Assembly (NCBI GenBank): GCA_023395595.1
Contig: JAEWYO010000070.1
Span: 36,093 to 100,092 of the forward strand
Source: Bacillota bacterium
Lineage (GTDB): Bacteria; Bacillota; Clostridia; Christensenellales; CAG-138
Length of the DNA stretch: 64,000 nt
Direction: 5' to 3'
Below, piece by piece: positions 26,284 through 34,920 of this stretch. The position numbers and the translations under genes were made by a program. Under the pieces are notes generated by a model, which searched no databases, was not told the DNA's origin, and worked only from the letters and a program-made list of their open reading frames with translations. Position 1 is the first letter of the stretch, and every line of letters begins with the position of its first letter.

Positions 26284-27014
26284 TGGCCAGCCAGAGGCAG
26301 GACGGATTCTGGGAAAGACTGGGCGCGAAGCGATTTGCACCCGGCCAAGGTGTTACGCAACCGCCGCCCGCCGCGGGCTGGAGGCGGTTTTTCTTCGTGC
26401 TTGGAACACATTTCTGGAAACTGGTTTCGTTGAACCTGCTATTTGTAGTCTTCAGCATTCCGTTGGTTACAATTCCCGCCGCATTGTGCGGAATTAATCG
26501 CGTTATGATCAAGCTCTATCGGGAAGGGAACTGCTTCGTTTGGACGGAGTTTATCAAGGAATTTCGGTCAAATCTCTGGAAGGCGATGCCGTTTGGCATC
26601 CTCGGTGCGGTTTTGCTGTTTGCGTCCTACTATTTTCTTAGCATTGGCACATCCATAGCGGCAGACCGTGTCGAGCTGATTTCGGCTTCGATCGGGATTT
26701 TGCTGCTGACCTTCTCAGCGTTGTTTCTCCAATATGTCTTTGTGTTTTTACCGACGCTGGATCTGAAAAACAGACAGATCGCCCGCAACGCTTTTCTTGT
26801 GATGTGTATGGAGTGGAAGACCAATCTTGTGATTCTTGCGGCTGTGCTGCTTTCGGTTCTGCTCATGCTCTTGCTCTTCCCGTACTCCATCTTTCTTGCG
26901 GTAACTGTTTTGTTTGCCTTGCAGCAGTTTGTCATCTGCGCCGCAATCAATGAGCCGCTGCAGCGTCGCATCATCGGACCCGCGGAAGAAAGCAGCCCCG
27001 ACGCTCAAACGTAA
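26283..27014 (+). CDS. DUF624 (YesL-like) membrane protein
   Basis: Re-called start at ATG 26283, overlapping the upstream TGA. FWKLVSLNLLFVVFSIPLVTIPAALCGINRVMIKLYREG is typical of the YesL family found in sugar ABC loci. Confidence 0.65.
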   Translation: MASQRQDGFWERLGAKRFAPGQGVTQPPPAAGWRRFFFVLGTHFWKLVSLNLLFVVFSIPLVTIPAALCGINRVMIKLYREGNCFVWTEFIKEFRSNLWKAMPFGILGAVLLFASYYFLSIGTSIAADRVELISASIGILLLTFSALFLQYVFVFLPTLDLKNRQIARNAFLVMCMEWKTNLVILAAVLLSVLLMLLLFPYSIFLAVTVLFALQQFVICAAINEPLQRRIIGPAEESSPDAQT

Positions 27015-27111
27015 CGAAACGGCAGGTTGACAGAAGGCTGGCACTACAAAACTTGCTATACTTTCATGCAATAGTGCAATCCGAACAAAACCGGATGGAA
27101 TGGACGAAAGC

Positions 27112-27151
27112 AAAACCTCCAATCGCTTTTCTCGCGATTGGAGGTTTTTTC
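27112..27151 (+). terminator. rho-independent (probably bidirectional) terminator
   Basis: A perfect 14-bp stem AAACCTCCAATCGC/GCGATTGGAGGTTT is followed by TTTT and preceded by an A-rich run. Confidence 0.85.
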
Positions 27152-27315
27152 AACTCGTTTTTGAATCAGTCGGATGGTTTCAACGACAGCAATGAGAGGG
27201 AAAACTCTTGCAAAATGAACATTCGCGCAAACCGTGAAGGGGGGGCGTGGGTATCGCGTGCAGCGGATTGTTTGCATTTTCTATCATTGCTGGATTGAAC
27301 AAAGCTTGGTAAGTA

Positions 27316-28230
27316 CTATGAATCCGCTTTAATTGGACAAACGGTTTCAATCGCGTCCGCAAGATATGGCACGGTGTTTCGTGCGGCCTCCAGCGTGTCC
27401 GCATTGGTGCCGATTTCGGCAAGCAAACACAGACCCATGTGTTGGTTGAAGCGACCAACCTTCAGGCGGATCGGCTTGACCAGATCCGGTTGTTTTGCTG
27501 CGATCTCCTCCATCAGCGAGAGCGCGAAGGTATAGTTGTTTTTCCAGTCGGGCAGTGTGTCATATTCACCGTCATAGGTACCGATTCCGGTGCCAACGAC
27601 AAAAAACAGCTTCGCATAAGGCACGTTGTCGATCAGGATCGTGTTTTCTGAGCGACCTTGCTGCTTGCTGGAGTTTCGGTGGAGATCGATGTAGAGATCG
27701 ACATTGTCATATTTCTGCATGAGCGCGAGCGAGCGGGAATATGCACTGGTGATGTCCTCGCCTTCCACGTCGGTTGTGTCGTGAATGACCGTGAAACCAC
27801 GCTTTTCGAGCGCTTTTTGCAGCGCGTTTCCCACCGCAACGACGTTGTATCGCGTGTTTTCGGTGCGTCCTCGCTCGGTTTCAATGTACTCGCCCTGCGT
27901 GGTCAGAAGATACGATTCCGTCGCATGCGTGTGGTAGATTAGCACGACCGGCTTGTGGTCGAAGGCATAGCTTGCCGGGCTGAACCCTGCAGCGATGTCG
28001 CTGCGGAGTGTGATGTCGCCGTCCTCGTCGATGAGCATCTCCGGCACGGGAGTTGGTGAGGGAGACGGCGTTGGTGGCTGGGTCTCGATGACAATCGGCG
28101 TGCTTTCAGGCGCGGAGTTTGCCGCGGGTTGCGCCGCTTTCGGTGCGCCTGCGCAGCCGGAAAGCAGCACAAGCGCCAGAAAAAACATGACAGGCAGGAT
28201 TGCTTTTGACAATCGGGAACGCTGCTTCAT
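27316..28230 (-). CDS. SpoIIP-family cell-wall amidase lipoprotein
   Basis: 304 aa. It has the lipobox LLSGC. Motifs VVLIYHTHATESY and DLHRNS are typical of stage II sporulation protein P. The start overlaps the HK stop (ATGA). Confidence 0.7.
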   Translation of the reverse strand: MKQRSRLSKAILPVMFFLALVLLSGCAGAPKAAQPAANSAPESTPIVIETQPPTPSPSPTPVPEMLIDEDGDITLRSDIAAGFSPASYAFDHKPVVLIYHTHATESYLLTTQGEYIETERGRTENTRYNVVAVGNALQKALEKRGFTVIHDTTDVEGEDITSAYSRSLALMQKYDNVDLYIDLHRNSSKQQGRSENTILIDNVPYAKLFFVVGTGIGTYDGEYDTLPDWKNNYTFALSLMEEIAAKQPDLVKPIRLKVGRFNQHMGLCLLAEIGTNADTLEAARNTVPYLADAIETVCPIKADS

Positions 28231-29504
28231 TTTGCGTCCTTTCTGACTTTGTGCGTACTTGCACCACGCAGTGGAAAGGTGATTGTAAACGTTGTTCCGG
28301 TTTCGGCGGCACTCGCAACTGCGATTTTTCCGTCGTGTTCTTTCACGATGCTTTGCGCGATGGAGAGGCCAAGACCGTAACCGCCTGCACTTCTGGCGCG
28401 ATCGACACGATAGAATCGCTCGAATAGATGCGGCAGCTCCTCCTCTGGGATTGGGGTTCCGGTGTTGTGCACGCGCAGACTCGCGTTTCCGCCCTCCGTG
28501 CGTAGATCGACATCCACGGTACCATGCGCGTTGACATATTTCAGCGCGTTGTCAAGCAAAACGCCGCAAAGCCTACGGAGCTTTGGCTCGCTGCCGGTGA
28601 GTACAATGTCCGGCTGGATGGCATCCGTTAGTGTGATGCCGGACTCAAACGCCAGCGATGCAAAGGAGAGAATGCTTCCCTGCGCAACGTCGGAAAAATT
28701 GACATCCGATAGAGTTTCCTTGTTCATGGAGTCGTCCGTCTTGGCAAGAAACAGTAAATCTTCAACGAGGGACTTCATCCGCTCCCCTTCGGATTGCGTG
28801 TTCTCGATCCATTGGTGCTCCTGCGCGATGGTTTGATCCTTGTGCGACAGCAGAATTTTCTGGTTGGCGAGGATCACGGTCAGAGGTGTCTTGAGTTCGT
28901 GGCTGGCATCTGCGACGAACTGCTTCTGCCGGTTCCAGGCGGTGTCAACCGGCTTGAGCGCCAGATTCGCCAACAGCAGGCTCACAAAGAAGAACGCCAG
29001 CAGCGCAAGCGCGCCGATGACCAGTGCAGACAGGACAAGCTCCGTCATGGCGGCGATATCGCTGGTTGCGTCGATAAACGCAACGCGTGTTTCGCCCTGA
29101 CTGGATGAGACCAGATAACGCAGAGAATAGTCGCGAATCAAACCGGAGTCCTGCTTGGAATTTATGGCGATCTGCGCCAGCGTTTGTGCCGTTTCGTCGT
29201 TGATATTGACGGAGTGGACAGATTGAATACTCGCTGTTCCTTCGTTGTCAACCAATAGGACGAAACCAACAAAGAAGTCATTCTTCTTCGGCGCAAGTCC
29301 GTCCTGCCGATCCTTTGATTTGCCGATCTCAAGCTTTGGCGCATCCTCGCCGCGCCGATCGAGCAGCGCGGACAACGTTCGCATCGCGTTTTGCTGTTGT
29401 GTGTTCTCTGTATAGAGGCATAGGCCGGTGAAGACGGCCAGCAAAACCACGAGAACGAGCGACATATTAATCAAAACAAGCTTTCGCCGCAGTTGTCGAA
29501 TCAT
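28227..29504 (-). CDS. sensor histidine kinase (HisKA/HATPase_c, two TM helices)
   Basis: 425 aa. The H-box is FVADASHELKTPLTVI, and the G-boxes are HNTGTPIPEE and GGYGLGLSIAQSIV. Confidence 0.85.
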   Translation of the reverse strand: MIRQLRRKLVLINMSLVLVVLLAVFTGLCLYTENTQQQNAMRTLSALLDRRGEDAPKLEIGKSKDRQDGLAPKKNDFFVGFVLLVDNEGTASIQSVHSVNINDETAQTLAQIAINSKQDSGLIRDYSLRYLVSSSQGETRVAFIDATSDIAAMTELVLSALVIGALALLAFFFVSLLLANLALKPVDTAWNRQKQFVADASHELKTPLTVILANQKILLSHKDQTIAQEHQWIENTQSEGERMKSLVEDLLFLAKTDDSMNKETLSDVNFSDVAQGSILSFASLAFESGITLTDAIQPDIVLTGSEPKLRRLCGVLLDNALKYVNAHGTVDVDLRTEGGNASLRVHNTGTPIPEEELPHLFERFYRVDRARSAGGYGLGLSIAQSIVKEHDGKIAVASAAETGTTFTITFPLRGASTHKVRKDAK

Positions 29505-30181
29505 GCCTCTGCCTCCGTTCCCAGTCGATAGCCAAGCTTTCGTATGGTTTGAATACTCACCCTTGAGCCGATGAAAAACAATTTTTTGCGGAGGAAGGAG
29601 ATATACGCCTCCACATTATTATCCTCCGCCTCGCTTTCCGGCCCCCAGACTTTGACGATGAGTTGCTCCTTCGGCACGATGGTGCTTTGCGAGAGCATGA
29701 GTAGTTTCATCACTTCAAACTCTTTGAAGCTTAGCCGGATTCGTTTCGCTCCACAGCGCAGATCGCTGTTGGTCAACTCCAGTACGATGTCTTCAAAGCG
29801 CATCTCTTCCAGAAACACCTCGCCCTGCCGACGGGTCAGCGCGCGGATGCGCGCAGTGAGTTCTTCCGGCGCAAACGGTTTGGTCATGTAATCGTCCGCG
29901 CCGCAATCCAGACCGTTGATCTTGCTCTCCAGTTCATCGCGCGCGGTCAGCATCAGAACGGGGATTGCGACTTTATCACGCCGCAGCGCGCGGACAACAT
30001 CGTAGCCGTTTCTCTTTGGCAGCATGACGTCCAGAATCATGGCATCATAGTCGCCTGTACGCGCATACTGATAACCATCTTCTCCATCATAAACCGTGTC
30101 CACGGTATATCTCTGCTCCCGCATGATCTGTGTCAGCGCATCCGCGAGCCGCTTTTCGTCTTCTACTACCAAGATTCGCAT
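29501..30181 (-). CDS. OmpR-family response regulator
   Basis: Re-called start at ATG 30181 (MRILVVEDEKRLADAL). It has a receiver domain plus a winged-helix C-terminus (IQTIRKLGYRL). The stop overlaps the HK start. Confidence 0.9.
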   Translation of the reverse strand: MRILVVEDEKRLADALTQIMREQRYTVDTVYDGEDGYQYARTGDYDAMILDVMLPKRNGYDVVRALRRDKVAIPVLMLTARDELESKINGLDCGADDYMTKPFAPEELTARIRALTRRQGEVFLEEMRFEDIVLELTNSDLRCGAKRIRLSFKEFEVMKLLMLSQSTIVPKEQLIVKVWGPESEAEDNNVEAYISFLRKKLFFIGSRVSIQTIRKLGYRLGTEAEA

Positions 30182-30393
30182 GGAATCATTACCCCCTGAT
30201 GCAACCAAACTTACGATCAATCGATCTTTTCTGTTCCAAGTTCAGTATAAGCTGTTTGTGTGTCCGCGGGCAATGCCGCGGTCTTTTTAATCCTGCGCCA
30301 ATGATACCGCCAAAGCCTGAAAATAAGCTGAAAACCCATTTCAGCAAGTTTTCAGCATTGCGCTTTACAATTGCGGCATGAGAGGTGAATCAC

Positions 30394-31113
30394 ATGCAGG
30401 GCAACACATTTGAACGCTATGAAGAGAAGTATTTGCTCTCCGCGGCACAGTATCAGGCGATCATGACTGGACTACGAGGCAGGATGCAACCGGATCTGTT
30501 CGGCAGGAGCATGGTTTCGAGTATCTATTATGATACGCCGGACTACCGCCTGATCCGCACTTCCCTGGAGAAACCGGATTATAAAGAGAAGCTTCGGGTT
30601 CGAGCCTATGGCAATCCGTCAGCGGAAAGCAAGGCGTTTGTCGAACTGAAAAAGAAGGTGGACGGTATCGTCTACAAGCGCCGCGTGGAAATGCCGCTCT
30701 CGCAGGCAAGTCTGCTTCTATCGGGAAAGAAAACCGAACTGGACACGCAGATCACGCGGGAGATTCAATACTTCGTTCGTTTCTATCAGCCGCAGCCGAG
30801 TGTGTTCCTCTCCTATCGAAGAGTGGCATATACCGGTGCGGAGAGCGGGCTGAGGATCACGTTTGACGATGACATCCGTTTTCGCACCAGCGCTCTTCGC
30901 CTGACTGCCGGCATCTGGGGACAGGAACTGCTTGCTCCTGGCATGACGCTCATGGAAATCAAGGCACCGGGCGCGATGCCACTCTGGCTTTGTGCGCTTC
31001 TCAATTACAACCACGTGTACCCGGCCAGCTTTTCCAAATATGGCGCTTGCTATCGGGATTTTATCTATCCGCAACTGCGGCAGGAAGAGAAAGGACAAAA
31101 CGCATATGCTTGA
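30394..31113 (+). CDS. VTC-domain (polyphosphate-polymerase-like, triphosphate-tunnel) protein
   Basis: GAGAGG RBS followed by ATG 30394. FERYEEKYLL ... SIYYDTPDYRLIRTSLEKPDYKEKLRVRAYG ... VELKKKVDGIVYKRR matches the bacterial VTC-domain family pattern. Confidence 0.75.
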   Translation: MQGNTFERYEEKYLLSAAQYQAIMTGLRGRMQPDLFGRSMVSSIYYDTPDYRLIRTSLEKPDYKEKLRVRAYGNPSAESKAFVELKKKVDGIVYKRRVEMPLSQASLLLSGKKTELDTQITREIQYFVRFYQPQPSVFLSYRRVAYTGAESGLRITFDDDIRFRTSALRLTAGIWGQELLAPGMTLMEIKAPGAMPLWLCALLNYNHVYPASFSKYGACYRDFIYPQLRQEEKGQNAYA

Positions 31114-31777
31114 AAGCATTTTATCCACGAATACGGATTTGACGATTGTGCAGTTTTTGATTCTGACGGGAGTATCCCTGTTGCTGGGACTCATCAGCGC
31201 ACTGGTATACATGCACCGCAACACCTATACAAAAGGGTTTGTGCTTTCGCTCGTGCTGCTGCCAATGGTGGTGCAGACGGTGATCCTGCTGGTCTCGGGG
31301 AATCTCGGTGCCGGGGTTGCCGTCGCGGGAACGTTTTCGCTGGTCCGCTTTCGCTCGGTTCCGGGCGGGGCGCGAGAGATCGCTGCTATCTTTACGGCGA
31401 TGGCAATCGGGCTTGCGACCGGTATGGGGTACATCGCGGTGGCAGCGCTCATGACCGTTGCGGTCGGGATTGTGAGTCTCTTGATGGTGCATCTGCGATT
31501 TGGAGAGCAGGATGAAAACAACCGCAGGCTGCGCGTGACCATGCCGGAAGACCTCGACTATACAAAGGTGTTTGACGATGTATTTACGCAATACACGTCG
31601 CGCACAGAACTGAAAAAAGTAAAGACGACCAATCTTGGCAGCATGTTTGAACTGCACTATGACGTGACGCTGCGCGATCCCGATCAAGAGAAGACATTCA
31701 TCGATGCCCTGCGCACCCGCAACGGCAACCTGAACATCATGCTCTCGCGCATGCCGGCAAACAACGACGAATTATAA
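31106..31777 (+). CDS. DUF4956-family membrane protein
   Basis: Re-called start at ATG 31106, overlapping the VTC stop by 8 nt. TM helices are followed by the family-typical GTFSLVRFRSVPGGAREIAAIFTAMAIGLATGMGY. Confidence 0.7.
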   Translation: MLESILSTNTDLTIVQFLILTGVSLLLGLISALVYMHRNTYTKGFVLSLVLLPMVVQTVILLVSGNLGAGVAVAGTFSLVRFRSVPGGAREIAAIFTAMAIGLATGMGYIAVAALMTVAVGIVSLLMVHLRFGEQDENNRRLRVTMPEDLDYTKVFDDVFTQYTSRTELKKVKTTNLGSMFELHYDVTLRDPDQEKTFIDALRTRNGNLNIMLSRMPANNDEL

Positions 31778-31806
31778 GAAGCATTCACAAAACAAGGAGT
31801 AAGAAA

Positions 31807-33474
31807 ATGAGAAAATCAAAAATTCTGTTTACGATAATGACCGCAGCCGCACTCGCGTTTTCGGTAGGATGCCAGAGCGCGGAAGCGACGGCAAACGCGG
31901 CGGATTTGACGAGCGTGCAGGTGGTCACCGCGCAGGCAGCGGCAGCGGAGTCCGCCGCAGTGCAGCTCTCGGCTGAGGCGTATTCCGACCGGGATCTCGA
32001 CGCCTCCTATGACGCGAACGAAGCGATCAGCGTAGACCTTTCTGCGGTGACGGGCGATTATACCATCGCGGCCGCAGGCGTTTATGTCTTCACCGGTACG
32101 CTCTCGGACGGTTCCATTCTCGTCAACGCGGGTGAAGAGGACAAGGTGCAGATCGTGCTCTCGAATGCGTCCGTCACCAACAGCGACGGGCCTGCGATCT
32201 ACGCGGTCGCTGCGGATAAGGTCTTTGTGACCGCCGAGGCGGGGACGGTTAACACCCTCGCAGATGGATCGGCATATGCCACGGACACGTTTGGCAACAA
32301 TCCGGACGGCGCAATATTTGCCCGCTGTGATCTGACCATCAACGGGACAGGTTCGCTCGGTGTGAGTGGCAATTACAAATTCGGCATCGTCGGCAAGGAC
32401 GACGTGGTGATTGCCAATCTCGCGCTGCAAGTAAGCGCGGCATCCGACGGCATCGTCGGCAAGGAGAGCGTTTCGATCGGCAGCGGTACGATCTCGATTG
32501 TTGCCGGAGGCGACGGCATCGTCAGCGAGAACAGCGAGGACACAACCGCTGGCAGCGTATTGATCGACGGCGAAACCATTACCATAAAAACAGGCGGCTC
32601 CGGCGCGGACAGCGCAAAGGGGATCAAAGCACAGGCTACGCTGGCCATCAACGGCGGGGATATCACGATTGACGCGGAAGACGACGCGCTGCACAGCACG
32701 ACTTCGGTCACGGTCACGAACGGCACGCTCTGCTTGTCCTCCGGTGACGACGGTATCCACAGTGACGACATTGTTGCGCTCTCCGGCGGCGAAATCAGTA
32801 TCAGCCAGAGCTACGAGGGTATCGAAGGCGGCACCATCACGGTTTCCGGCGGCACCATCAACCTGACCAGCTCCGATGATGGATTCAATGCGGCTGGCGG
32901 TGCAGATAACTCCGCCAGCAACAGTCCGCGCGGAAACGATGCTTTTGCCGTGGACACCAGCAAATCCCTCGTGATCTCCGGCGGAACGATCACGGTCAAT
33001 GCAGAAGGCGATGGCCTCGATAGCAACGGAACACTGTCGATCAGCGGCGGAACCATCTGTGTATCTGGCCCAACAGCCTCCAACAATGGTGCGCTCGACA
33101 GCGGAAGTACAATGACCATCTCCGGCGGAACCATCATCGCTGCGGGCAGCGCAGGCATGGCGCAGACCTTTGATGAGGCGTCCACGCAGGCGTCGATCTC
33201 CTACACCTTTGCTTCGGTGCAGCAGGCAGGCACGGCCATTACGCTCAAGGATGCTTCCGGCAATGTGATCGCTTCTTATACGCCGGAAAAGGTCTACCAA
33301 AGTGTTGTGATCAGCGCACCGGACATGACTGCCGGGCAGAGTTACACACTCTACAGCGGCGGCACGTCGGTCGAGACCATCACGCTCTCTGGCATCGTGA
33401 CGACTGTCGGCTCCGGCAACATGGCCGGTGGATTCGGCGGCGGTCAGCGTCCCGCCGGCGGAAGGCGCGGGTGA
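31807..33474 (+). CDS. extracytoplasmic beta-helix lipoprotein (Cthe_2159-like carbohydrate-binding family)
   Basis: AAGGAG RBS and lipobox FSVGC. Periodic G-D-G-I / DDGIHS / GDGLDSNG turns throughout indicate a right-handed beta-helix. Confidence 0.6.
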   Translation: MRKSKILFTIMTAAALAFSVGCQSAEATANAADLTSVQVVTAQAAAAESAAVQLSAEAYSDRDLDASYDANEAISVDLSAVTGDYTIAAAGVYVFTGTLSDGSILVNAGEEDKVQIVLSNASVTNSDGPAIYAVAADKVFVTAEAGTVNTLADGSAYATDTFGNNPDGAIFARCDLTINGTGSLGVSGNYKFGIVGKDDVVIANLALQVSAASDGIVGKESVSIGSGTISIVAGGDGIVSENSEDTTAGSVLIDGETITIKTGGSGADSAKGIKAQATLAINGGDITIDAEDDALHSTTSVTVTNGTLCLSSGDDGIHSDDIVALSGGEISISQSYEGIEGGTITVSGGTINLTSSDDGFNAAGGADNSASNSPRGNDAFAVDTSKSLVISGGTITVNAEGDGLDSNGTLSISGGTICVSGPTASNNGALDSGSTMTISGGTIIAAGSAGMAQTFDEASTQASISYTFASVQQAGTAITLKDASGNVIASYTPEKVYQSVVISAPDMTAGQSYTLYSGGTSVETITLSGIVTTVGSGNMAGGFGGGQRPAGGRRG

Positions 33475-33481
33475 TGCTGCT

Positions 33482-34492
33482 GTGACGCGCAAAAAGAGCT
33501 TCCTTCAAAAGCACGGATATGTGCTGTTTTTCTCGCTGGCGCTGACGATATGGACCGGATTTGTATTGCTGGACACATTTGTCCTGCCGCATGCGGTGAC
33601 CACGGTTGGTACCACGGCAACGGCAAGCGTCCCGGCGACGCAAACGCAGGAGAGCCAGACGCAAACGGGCGAAAGCGCGACCGCCGCGGTGGTGAATACG
33701 GCAAGCGGTGCTGCGCAGACGCAGCAGCAGGGCGAGAGCGCGTCGAGTGAGGTCGTCGTGACGGACAGCACTTACTCCGGCAACGGAATCAGCATCGTGA
33801 TCACAACGGTGCGGACAAACAATACCAACGCATATGTTGCGGATGTGCAGCTAACGAGTGCAAGTAGTCTTAGAACCGCGTTTGCGCAGGACACCTTTGG
33901 GAACAACATTACCCAAACGACCAGCGAGATGGCACAGGCAAACAACGCAATTCTCGCGATCAATGGCGACTACTACGGCGCGAACAAACGAGGCTACGTG
34001 ATCAAAAACGGCGTGCTGTACCGCGACACTGTCCGTCAGGGCGACGATACACAGGATCTGGCAATCTACGCCGACGGCAGTTTTTCCATTATCGACGAGA
34101 CGCAGGTGTCCGCGCAGGAGCTGCTTGACAACGGAGTTGTACAGCTACTTTCCTTCGGTCCAACGCTGATTGAGAACGGGGAAATACAAGTCTCCGCCAC
34201 GGATGAGGTCTCCCGCGCGAAGACGACCAATCCGCGAACCGCAATTGGAATCATCGACGATCTGCACTACATCATCGTTGTTGCAGACGGGCGCACGGAT
34301 GAGAGTGAAGGCTTGAGCCTTCTTGAGCTCGCGAAGCTCATGGAATCCTACGGCTGTGTAACGGCATACAATCTCGACGGCGGCGGTTCCTCCACCATGG
34401 TTTTCAATGGCGCGCTTGTCAATCAGCCTACGACAAACGGAGATGAAATTTCAGAAAGGTCGGTGAGTGATATTGTTTACATCGTTGCATAA
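33482..34492 (+). CDS. phosphodiester glycosidase (NAGPA / DUF2233) family protein, membrane-anchored
   Basis: AINGDYYGANKRGYVIKNGVLY, PRTAIGIIDDLHYIIVVADGR and YNLDGGGSSTM are family motifs. The start is uncertain: GTG 33482 is preferred over the track's GTG 33428. One N-terminal TM helix is present. Confidence 0.7.
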   Translation: MTRKKSFLQKHGYVLFFSLALTIWTGFVLLDTFVLPHAVTTVGTTATASVPATQTQESQTQTGESATAAVVNTASGAAQTQQQGESASSEVVVTDSTYSGNGISIVITTVRTNNTNAYVADVQLTSASSLRTAFAQDTFGNNITQTTSEMAQANNAILAINGDYYGANKRGYVIKNGVLYRDTVRQGDDTQDLAIYADGSFSIIDETQVSAQELLDNGVVQLLSFGPTLIENGEIQVSATDEVSRAKTTNPRTAIGIIDDLHYIIVVADGRTDESEGLSLLELAKLMESYGCVTAYNLDGGGSSTMVFNGALVNQPTTNGDEISERSVSDIVYIVA

Positions 34493-34523
34493 AAAGCCGG
34501 CCGCCGCGTGGCGGAAAACGGCG

Positions 34524-34916
34524 ATGGCATACGGAATACTCGCGGTGTTCTGCGGTGTTTTCAGTATCGTCTACCTGCAGTTTAGCCACGGGGAGAGCTC
34601 TCCTTTTCTCGTTTGGCTCTTTGCGCCCGCGTTGTTGCTGGGTGTGGTTCCGGCGTTTCTGGCAGGCTGCACGAGTGTGTTCAAGCGCGCCGGTATTACC
34701 GCGCGGAGATTCTGGCACTCGGCGGTTGCCACGCTGAGCTGTGGCATGTTGGTGCGTGCGATCATCAATATCTCGGGACGGTACACGGAGTATGACGTGA
34801 TCTACTGGGTTCTCTCGGGCGTCTTGTTTCTCGCGGCGGTCTATGTGTACATCGCCAGGAACGCGCACAGGCATCCTGTTATACGACGAAACGAGAACAG
34901 AATAGAGGTTATATAA
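34524..34916 (+). CDS. small hypothetical membrane protein (four hydrophobic helices)
   Basis: Re-called start at ATG 34524 (MAYGILAVFCGVFSIVYL). The gene is tightly packed between its neighbours. I recognise no family. Confidence 0.45.
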   Translation: MAYGILAVFCGVFSIVYLQFSHGESSPFLVWLFAPALLLGVVPAFLAGCTSVFKRAGITARRFWHSAVATLSCGMLVRAIINISGRYTEYDVIYWVLSGVLFLAAVYVYIARNAHRHPVIRRNENRIEVI

Positions 34917-34920
34917 AAAG

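Noticed and set aside
27027-27062. TTGACA (27027-27032) and TATACT (27057-27062) downstream of the DUF624 gene looked like a promoter.
   Set aside because: The spacer is 24 nt, far outside the 16-18 nt window. The next feature is a terminator, not a gene start.
31816-33492. A 558-aa ORF on the minus strand that mirrors the entire beta-helix lipoprotein gene almost end to end.
   Set aside because: The predicted protein is Arg/Ala/Gly/Asp-rich with no RBS, no recognisable motif and no sensible N-terminus. The plus-strand product has a lipobox, an AAGGAG RBS and periodic beta-helix repeats. Long stop-free antisense frames are expected opposite GC-rich, codon-biased, repeat-rich genes.
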